Assembly: GCA_003345545.1 (NCBI GenBank)
Contig: PRDH01000012.1
Location: 1-64,000, forward strand
Direction of reading: 5' to 3'
From: Candidatus Thorarchaeota archaeon
GTDB taxonomy: Archaea; Asgardarchaeota; Thorarchaeia; Thorarchaeales; Thorarchaeaceae
Length of the DNA: 64,000 nucleotides
The position numbers and the translations under genes are program-made. Position 1 is the first letter of the stretch, and each line of letters opens with the position of its first letter. The notes beneath the pieces were generated by a model, which saw only the letters and a program-made list of their open reading frames with translations, had not been told where the DNA came from and made no database searches. This document shows, piece after piece, positions 57,287 to 64,000 of this stretch.

Positions 57287-57365
57287 TTGCAGCCTGTAGA
57301 TTCTGCAGTCCTTTTCATCTTTTCCCTGCGCCTATGTTCGAGCCTGCACACAGGAATCCGTTCTC

Positions 57366-58421
57366 TCAAGGGGCGTGCAATTGGCCCGGAGTACCGGAGT
57401 AGGACATCTCACCTACGTAGCTAATTCCCATCATGTCCCGGACTCTATCAGGCTCACGAGTATGGCCTAGTACCCATGCGAGTTTCACTAGCGCAGCTTC
57501 AGAGGTCATATCATAGGCGCTCATGGCACCAACATCCATGGCAGCGTGGCCGACCTCATAGACTGACAGGTCAGCTTGCCCAAAGGCACATTGTGAACTG
57601 ACTACTACAAAGCAACCTTGATCCATTGCCTGTAGGATTCCACCTGTTAGAGCATTCTCGTCAGTGGGAATGTTGCCCGATCCAAAGCCCTCAATCACAA
57701 TCCCGTGATAACCCATATCGATTATCTTGGCAAGCGCCTGCGGGGGAAGCCCAGGGAACACTTTCAACAAGAAGACTCGATCATCGAGTCGTGTGTCAAA
57801 GCGAGGAATAAGACTCATGTTACGCCTAATGCGGCCCTCGTAGAGTACAATATCCCTCGCTAGAATGCCAGTTGGTGATGGGTCCATGGAGTCGAAGGCA
57901 TCGTAAGAATTCACCCGAACCTTCTTTGCTCTGGTAGCACGATGTATCTCACCATTGAATACAATGACAGTTTCGCCAAGATCACCGAAAGCGGCGACTC
58001 GCATTGCATCCAAGAGATTCCTTGGACCGTCGCTCCAAGGTATACTGGCAGGTATCTGAGCGCCAGTAAAGACTATAGGTTTTCCAAAGTTCTGAATCAT
58101 GAAACTGACGGCGGCAGAGGAGTAGGTCATCGTGTCGGTTCCATGAGAAACAACAATGCCGCGGAGATCCTTGATCTCCTCACTCACTTGCTTGATAGCA
58201 CCAGCAAGTGTCTGCCAATGGTGGGGCTGTGCATTTGCAGAGTCAAGTTGAAAAAGCTCTCTCTTGATGACTTCAATATTGCGCAGGCCTTTGGGTAGTC
58301 TCTCAAGCAGCTCATCTACTGCAAGACCTGGACGAAGAGCCTGTGTTCGCTCGTCATAGATACTTGAGATTGTGCCGCCTGTGGTCATCAGACAGATTTT
58401 TGCTGTTTCTTCAGTGGTCAT
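57366..58421 (-). CDS. ansA: L-asparaginase type I
   Basis: TTGGTI, HGTDTM, FTGAQ, G.GSGN.P, MT.EAA.VKL. Confidence 0.92.
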   Translation of the reverse strand: MTTEETAKICLMTTGGTISSIYDERTQALRPGLAVDELLERLPKGLRNIEVIKRELFQLDSANAQPHHWQTLAGAIKQVSEEIKDLRGIVVSHGTDTMTYSSAAVSFMIQNFGKPIVFTGAQIPASIPWSDGPRNLLDAMRVAAFGDLGETVIVFNGEIHRATRAKKVRVNSYDAFDSMDPSPTGILARDIVLYEGRIRRNMSLIPRFDTRLDDRVFLLKVFPGLPPQALAKIIDMGYHGIVIEGFGSGNIPTDENALTGGILQAMDQGCFVVVSSQCAFGQADLSVYEVGHAAMDVGAMSAYDMTSEAALVKLAWVLGHTREPDRVRDMMGISYVGEMSYSGTPGQLHAP

Positions 58422-58498
58422 GATGCATCCTCCAACCTAGAGTCACACTAGCAGATTTATTCATATTGTGATATAGTTCACTAGGTAGATGACCAAGA

Positions 58499-59728
58499 GT
58501 GCACGACCTTCTAGTCATAGGTGGAGGACCAGCAGGGGCAACCTGTGCTAGAAGAGCCGCGCAGAAGGGGCTGGATGTAGTCCTTATTGAGAAAGCAATC
58601 CATCCACGGGAGAAGACGTGCGGCGGTGTCCTGAGTCCGAAGGCCGTGCACTTGCTTGACTTCGATGTTTCACATCTCTTTGAGAGGGAGTTTCATGCTG
58701 CACTTGTTCATACGCCGGCAGGAAGACGCACGCTCTTGACTCGTGATGGACTCAGAGGATACCTCGTACAGAGAAGTACATTCGACGACTTCCTGCTCAA
58801 GAAGGCTCACGAGGCAGGAGCGGAGATTGTTCAAGGAACCAAGGTCGTGGCAATCGAACAGCTTCGGAAAGGAATCCGTGCGCTCTGTGCTGGTGACTCC
58901 TATAGGGCGCATCTACTGGTCGGGGCTGACGGAGTCAATGGCATTGTAGGCAGGGAACTGAGGATTAGAAGCAGGTGGGATCCGGATTCCGTCGCTGTAT
59001 GCATTAAGGCTGAAGTTGAAGTCGACCCATCAGAGATCAATAGAATGTGCACCCCGGAGGAAGGGCATGGTCGGACTGCTCTCGATTTCTACTATGGGCT
59101 TATTGAGTGGGGATATGGATGGTGCTTCCCTAAACGCGATACCCTCGATATCGGTATAGGATGCAGGATGGACCGGGCTCGAAACCTTCGTGACAAATGG
59201 GAGGTGTTGATTTCGCATGTCAACAGGACAAAGGGGTTGGACCTCAAGGTCACAGCGAAGACATCGGCTCGAGTGCCATTTGGTGGAATAATCGGAAGCT
59301 ATGTTGCAAGACGTTCGATGTTGATTGGTGACGCGGCCGGGCTTGTATCGCCCGTATCAGGAGAGGGAATCTCATATGCTATCGAGTCTGGAACAATAGC
59401 TGCTGATGTTGCATTTGAGGCGGTCAGGAACAGGTCCGCTGCCCGAATTGTCGAGTATGAGCATAGACTAGGACAGGGACTACTTAGAGAGCTGAAGGAA
59501 CTGAGATGGCTTGCGAGAATTCTCTACAGGTCAAACAAGAATATCGAACTCATCTGTGCGATTGTTGACGAGGACTCCGTAATGAGAGAGTCCTTGACAG
59601 ATCTGTTGGCAAGAGCCAAGTCGCAGTCAGATTTGTTGCGTCAGATTCGCAAGAGAATGCTCCTACGATACCCCCTCAAGACGATTAGGCTGGGTCTCCA
59701 GCAGTCTGGGCAGTCCCGGGCTGTATGA
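58499..59728 (+). CDS. Geranylgeranyl reductase-family flavoprotein
   Basis: GGGPAG, KTCGG, GADG, GYGWCFPK, GDAAG..SP.SGEGI. Confidence 0.9.
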   Translation: MHDLLVIGGGPAGATCARRAAQKGLDVVLIEKAIHPREKTCGGVLSPKAVHLLDFDVSHLFEREFHAALVHTPAGRRTLLTRDGLRGYLVQRSTFDDFLLKKAHEAGAEIVQGTKVVAIEQLRKGIRALCAGDSYRAHLLVGADGVNGIVGRELRIRSRWDPDSVAVCIKAEVEVDPSEINRMCTPEEGHGRTALDFYYGLIEWGYGWCFPKRDTLDIGIGCRMDRARNLRDKWEVLISHVNRTKGLDLKVTAKTSARVPFGGIIGSYVARRSMLIGDAAGLVSPVSGEGISYAIESGTIAADVAFEAVRNRSAARIVEYEHRLGQGLLRELKELRWLARILYRSNKNIELICAIVDEDSVMRESLTDLLARAKSQSDLLRQIRKRMLLRYPLKTIRLGLQQSGQSRAV

Positions 59729-60650
59729 TGGTGTGGCTCCCATCCTTGTCCAAGGTGACTGTGAGCAGGTCTCGGGCTAGAATGGTATTGGGAAAGTGTG
59801 CTCGTCCCTCATTCAGGATAGCCTCGCCATCATAGTACCTTGGACTATAGTGGGTGAGGATGAGCAATCTAACACCAACTTCAGAGGCTATCTTGGCGAT
59901 GGCCTCAGCTGTTGAGTGACCTCGCTCCTCAGCAAGGTCTGTGTGTTCTGCGGTGTACATGGCTTCCGAGATGAGAATGTCAGCGTCCTGTGATGCACTT
60001 CGTAGTAGCTGACATGGACGAGTGTCTCCAGAGTAGACTATCTTCAGAGACCTTGGGCGTGGTCCTGTGACGTTTTCAGGTTGGATAATCCTACCATCCT
60101 CAAGGGATACCTGGTTCCCTTTTGCAAGGAGACTCCAAAGAGGCCCCTTTGGAACTCCTAGGTCCTCGGCCTTCTCTGGCATGAACTCTCCCGTTGGATT
60201 TTGAAATAGAATTTCATAGCCAAACGCAGGCCCTCGATGGTCGACTTCAAATGCACGAATTGTGATAGGTCCCTCCTGAAACACGATTCCGGGCCCAATT
60301 GCATGGACAACGGTTTCAAAGGTAGTCCCAAGATTGATTGTGGCTTGATTGACCTTGACATACTCGATTATTTCCCTCGGACCGTAGATGTTCAGGGGTC
60401 TCCCTCTTCCTAGGAGCGAGAATCTCAATAGGAGTCCGGGAAGTCCAAGAATGTGATCTGCGTGCATATGAGTGATGAAGATCGCCATGTTCTTGTTCAA
60501 GCCCAGCCCGGCCTTTTCGATCTGGCGCTGTATATCTTCACCGCAGTCAAAGAGGAAGATCCATCCTAGGTAACGAATTGCAATAGCAGGGAGGTTACGA
60601 CCCTCAGTAGGCATTGATCCACCTGTACCTAGGAATATGATGTCTAGCAT
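59685..60650 (-). CDS. rnz: Ribonuclease Z
   Basis: FLGTGG.MP, DCGE, THMHADH, GVPKGP exosite, YSGDT, GHST, THYSPRY. Confidence 0.97.
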   Translation of the reverse strand: MLDIIFLGTGGSMPTEGRNLPAIAIRYLGWIFLFDCGEDIQRQIEKAGLGLNKNMAIFITHMHADHILGLPGLLLRFSLLGRGRPLNIYGPREIIEYVKVNQATINLGTTFETVVHAIGPGIVFQEGPITIRAFEVDHRGPAFGYEILFQNPTGEFMPEKAEDLGVPKGPLWSLLAKGNQVSLEDGRIIQPENVTGPRPRSLKIVYSGDTRPCQLLRSASQDADILISEAMYTAEHTDLAEERGHSTAEAIAKIASEVGVRLLILTHYSPRYYDGEAILNEGRAHFPNTILARDLLTVTLDKDGSHTIIQPGTAQTAGDPA

Positions 60651-60711
60651 TGATAATTCACTCTGGTCCTACAATGTCGCACAAGATATGGGTTTTGCCG
60701 CGTAGATGCCT

Positions 60712-62139
60712 CTATGCGAGGTCAAGGGGAATGTTGTAGGGAGATGCTTCCTTCCTCAAAACGCTGTAGGTGACTGCATCAAAATGCCGAGAAACATCAT
60801 ATGCCCAAGTGTTTTGGCGGCGGTCATACATACTTGAAACCTTGGTGACCCCACCCATTCCTGCAGCAACAGTCCACGCAGAGTAGTCGTCCACCTTCGA
60901 GGTTTCATCGTTGAGCACACTAAGTACAGATGTACCTGAACCTGCTGGAAGGGCGGATATCAGTAACACCTTCTCATCGGAGTTGTCCTCGAGATTGGAG
61001 ATTCGGCTTATATATGTCAGGGGCAGATTCTGCCAGCCCGGAGTGAGATTGCCTCCCACCTCAGGGCTACACATGACAACTATACGGTCACTCAATTGTG
61101 ATATATTGACCCGTGCCCGAGAGATGACGGTGCCCTTCGCAAGAAGGCTAGCTCGTTTCCGGAAGACGGTGGATAGAGACAACCCTGTTTTCTTGGCAAT
61201 ATCGTTCGCGGTGTCATCCAAGCTCTCAATCAATGCATCCATCACTTGAGTGTCCCCATATGTGAAGCGAGTGTTTTCCGTGGTAGAAGGAACTGGAATA
61301 TCAGCCAGAGTAATAGGATCGCCACCCTTTCGTAGCATAAGTCGGAAATGTAGGAGGTCAAGAGTCCATCCCTTCTGCGGGTCAGAATAGAGGCCACTGA
61401 AACTGGGATGACCTGTCGAAAGACTATAGACTGATGCATTCGTTGTTGAGTTCCTCAGACTCCTGACGGTATCCATGAGGTCCTTCCGCTTAATGTATGG
61501 AACTATGGCAACAATCAGAACCAACGGAGAGTAGCCATCGACAAAGAGCTCTTTTTGGCAGTACGGACCCGACAAGACGAGAGAAGGATTTTCAAGGACT
61601 ATGAGAATGCGTTCTAAGCCGAGCTGGTCTGTATTCAGCATGCCTCCAATCTTAAGAGCTCCACTTTCGCTGAGCCGCTTTTGAGCTCGACGTGCCTGAG
61701 GGTAGCTAAATCCGGCTCTCTCAGAGAGGCTCTTCAGTGAATCTCCAGGAAACTTCAGTACTGCTTCAAGAAAGGGCAGTTCTGTCTTTGTGAGCGTTGA
61801 GATGTTGTCAGCCCACAACTTATCGATTAGCGACATAATATCCCTCTGTGTGATAATCTCCACACCGCCAAGTCTGAGGACTTGCCTTAGCCGCTTCATG
61901 AGCAATGGATAGAGATGCCCTCTGTATGATTTGACAATCTTACGTAGATGTGCAGTGTCTGCATCTTCGCTGAATACCTCTATCTTGCCGCCAGTCTCGC
62001 TGACCTGTATGAATCTCAGAATGGCTCTAGCGCTTGGCGACAGTTTCCTGTCAAGTTTGAGGGCAGCTTCATCATCTGGCATCAAGTCGTCTTCCTGAAC
62101 ACGGTCATCTGAATCGGACTGCGTCATCACTACTACCAC
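60712..62139 (-). CDS. Large regulator-like protein with two HTH (Lrp/AsnC-like) repeats
   Basis: SLKSLSERAGFSYPQARRAQKRL..SG and TANDIAKKTGLSLSTVFRKRASL..KG. Confidence 0.6.
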   Translation of the reverse strand: MVVVMTQSDSDDRVQEDDLMPDDEAALKLDRKLSPSARAILRFIQVSETGGKIEVFSEDADTAHLRKIVKSYRGHLYPLLMKRLRQVLRLGGVEIITQRDIMSLIDKLWADNISTLTKTELPFLEAVLKFPGDSLKSLSERAGFSYPQARRAQKRLSESGALKIGGMLNTDQLGLERILIVLENPSLVLSGPYCQKELFVDGYSPLVLIVAIVPYIKRKDLMDTVRSLRNSTTNASVYSLSTGHPSFSGLYSDPQKGWTLDLLHFRLMLRKGGDPITLADIPVPSTTENTRFTYGDTQVMDALIESLDDTANDIAKKTGLSLSTVFRKRASLLAKGTVISRARVNISQLSDRIVVMCSPEVGGNLTPGWQNLPLTYISRISNLEDNSDEKVLLISALPAGSGTSVLSVLNDETSKVDDYSAWTVAAGMGGVTKVSSMYDRRQNTWAYDVSRHFDAVTYSVLRKEASPYNIPLDLA

Positions 62140-62200
62140 CTGAATAGTTCAAAGCGAGTGTTACTGATGGTAGATTGTCTGGAGCTGAGAATATAAGCTC

Positions 62201-62977
62201 CTAAATCGGCCTGGAGTCTTTCCACAGAGACTCAAAATAGCTTGACGACATGGCTGCGAAGATTGCGTGACTGCTATATATCCCGAGAAACTCGTTGCTA
62301 TCTTCTCCACCGGGCAGCATGATCAGGGTGTTTCGTTGATCAACTACAAGGCCTGCCCCAAAAACACGTTCTCTAGTTCTCACCTCAAACTTTCTGGGAA
62401 TTTGGTCTTTGAGAGTGTCCGTGATAGAAGATGTCAAGATTCGAACTCTCGCTTTGACTCCAAGAACTCTCTCAACGATAACATCCACATCTTCTGCAGA
62501 GAGGTCAAAAGATGGCAGTGAGAGAAGCACTTCTTCTTTTGCTGAGTCGAGCATCTCCATGGCCTTTGCAAGAATCGACGCACGACCATGAACAACCCAG
62601 ACATCGCGTGTCGTTGCATGTTGCTCTTGCTCAAATAATGGCTGGAGCTCCTCAACGACAACTTTGCTAGACTCTTTCAGCCTTTCCTCCCACTCGAGCC
62701 GGATGAGACGCATGACCTCCGTGGGAGCCTTGGCAACATATGATGTGGGTCTGCCCTTGCGAACTTGGACGAACTGCTTCTCCTCCAACCGGCCAAGGAC
62801 ATCGTAAATCCGCGAGAATGGCACCTTAGACTTCGCAGAGATATCTGATGCGGCCATCTGGCCACCTCCTACTAGAGCTAAGTAGGCTTGAGTCTCGTAT
62901 TCAGTGAGTCCAAGCTGCTTGAGAGCCTTCAGGGTCGCCTCACTTGCGGACATCATTAACACCGAGGTTGAGTTCAT
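62201..62977 (-). CDS. TrmB-family transcriptional regulator
   Basis: LGLTEYE..AY..L, SKVP.SRIYDVL..LE.K, GRPT.Y; PLD-like effector domain. Confidence 0.93.
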   Translation of the reverse strand: MNSTSVLMMSASEATLKALKQLGLTEYETQAYLALVGGGQMAASDISAKSKVPFSRIYDVLGRLEEKQFVQVRKGRPTSYVAKAPTEVMRLIRLEWEERLKESSKVVVEELQPLFEQEQHATTRDVWVVHGRASILAKAMEMLDSAKEEVLLSLPSFDLSAEDVDVIVERVLGVKARVRILTSSITDTLKDQIPRKFEVRTRERVFGAGLVVDQRNTLIMLPGGEDSNEFLGIYSSHAIFAAMSSSYFESLWKDSRPI

Positions 62978-62988
62978 TGTATTCCAAC

Positions 62989-63561
62989 TTAAGGATTCTC
63001 AGGTGCACTTGTTTTCCAATCCAAGAATGCTCTGAATGCCTTAGTGCGATGTGAGATACGAACTTTTTCAGAGAGTGATAGCTGAGCATATGTACAAGAG
63101 AAGCCACTCGGAACGAAAATTGGATCATAGCCAAATCCACCCTCTCCAGAGGGGCTCTGGCTGATCGTTCCGGGCATCTGGCCGACAAATGATCTCAGAG
63201 TATCTTCATCACAGAACGCAACAGCAGTCGCGAATCTAGCGGAGCGGTCTTGAACCCCTTCCAAGAGTTTGAGGATCCCGCGGTAACCAATAGTCTGTAA
63301 GACATATGCAGCGTAGGAACCCGGAAAATCACTGAGTGATGCTACAAAGAAACCTGTGTCATCAACAACGACAGGACGGTTCAGACTCTCATGAGCATGC
63401 CTCGCTGCTGCCAGTGCAATCTGCTCGACATCCTGGGATCGTATCTCAAGTTTCTCAAGGTCAGTGGTATCAAAACGAACCTTATACTCAGCAAACAGGG
63501 GTTTTAGTTCTGCAAGCTTGTGCTTGTTTTGTGTGACTAGGACAATTCTATCCTTTGACAT
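62989..63561 (-). CDS. rdgB: Non-canonical purine NTP pyrophosphatase (RdgB/HAM1)
   Basis: TQNKHK, DDTG, FPG.Y, GFGYDPIF, ISHR. Confidence 0.96.
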   Translation of the reverse strand: MSKDRIVLVTQNKHKLAELKPLFAEYKVRFDTTDLEKLEIRSQDVEQIALAAARHAHESLNRPVVVDDTGFFVASLSDFPGSYAAYVLQTIGYRGILKLLEGVQDRSARFATAVAFCDEDTLRSFVGQMPGTISQSPSGEGGFGYDPIFVPSGFSCTYAQLSLSEKVRISHRTKAFRAFLDWKTSAPENP

Positions 63562-64000
63562 ACGAGAGAATCTCCTTCATCACGCCGTAGGAGGATTTGG
63601 TCTTGGAGAGGTCAAACATACCAGAGGCATTCCAGAGGATCATATGCTTCAGACCCTGTGCCGCATAGTCTTCGAGTCTCTTGATCATAGATTCAGCATC
63701 ACCTGTCATGTAGAAGTTCTCCAAGACGCTCTGTGGGACGGCATCCATAGCTTTCAGAGTTGTTTCTCTATTGTAGCGCATCGGAATATAATCTGTGAGA
63801 GAGTGGAACTCCTTACCGAAGGGGTGATCATATCCCAGTTTCTTCCACTCACTCGCGGGCAGTAAGAGCGCAAATGCCTTGGCTAAGGGGGTATTCAGCA
63901 TCCGCTCACATTCAGAGGGTTCATTATCAAGGATACACCAGTTCCACAACGCTGGTGTGAATACACCTGTTCTGTCCTTCTTCTTACGATGGGCCTGTAT
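63548..64000 (-). CDS. LLM-class (F420/flavin-dependent) oxidoreductase, 3' part only
   Basis: Frame open to the window edge; C-terminal GDAESMIKRLEDY...G.KH.IL pattern typical of luciferase-like barrels. Confidence 0.6.
   Translation of the reverse strand: MQAHRKKKDRTGVFTPALWNWCILDNEPSECERMLNTPLAKAFALLLPASEWKKLGYDHPFGKEFHSLTDYIPMRYNRETTLKAMDAVPQSVLENFYMTGDAESMIKRLEDYAAQGLKHMILWNASGMFDLSKTKSSYGVMKEILSYVKG

Noticed and set aside
1-64000. CRISPR arrays, transposases, integrases, rRNA genes; many short antisense ORFs in the track
   Set aside because: None of these elements recognised by eye; the antisense ORFs are shadows of well-supported genes

Overview
Archaeal chromosomal window, most likely Asgard archaea. 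The Thorarchaeia-like assignment is an inference from gene content: a 9/4-fold tRNA-Sec with PSTK/SepSecS/SelB, a roadblock protein, a small GTPase, Get3, EMC3/TMCO1, two TFBs and GGGP synthase. The right half holds the archaeal spc-type ribosomal superoperon (rpl22 to rpl15, secY, adk, DUF106, rpl34e, cmk, rpl14e, cbf5), then RNase P RNA, tsr3, tiaS, rps13-rps4-rps11, an intron-containing tRNA-Ser(GGA), rnz, trmB and rdgB. The left half holds housekeeping and accessory genes and a compact selenocysteine-decoding cluster (pstk > < tRNA-Sec < unknown 217-aa ORF < sepsecS < selB). Several genes missing from the ORF track were read by hand: tRNA-Sec, tRNA-Ser, RNase P RNA, rpoP, rps14 and three microproteins. 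Best leads: (1) the unknown gene inside the Sec cluster; (2) a strongly self-complementary RNA-like region upstream of pstk; (3) Get3 closely followed by a 33-aa tail-anchored-type peptide; (4) a THUMP-less ThiI coupled to a small partner protein; (5) a longin-like/GTPase fusion broken by frameshifts; (6) a structured leader ahead of the ribosomal operon; (7) a stand-alone TFB/cyclin-fold protein. I found no CRISPR array, transposase, integrase or convincing selenoprotein gene. All calls are by eye, without database searches.
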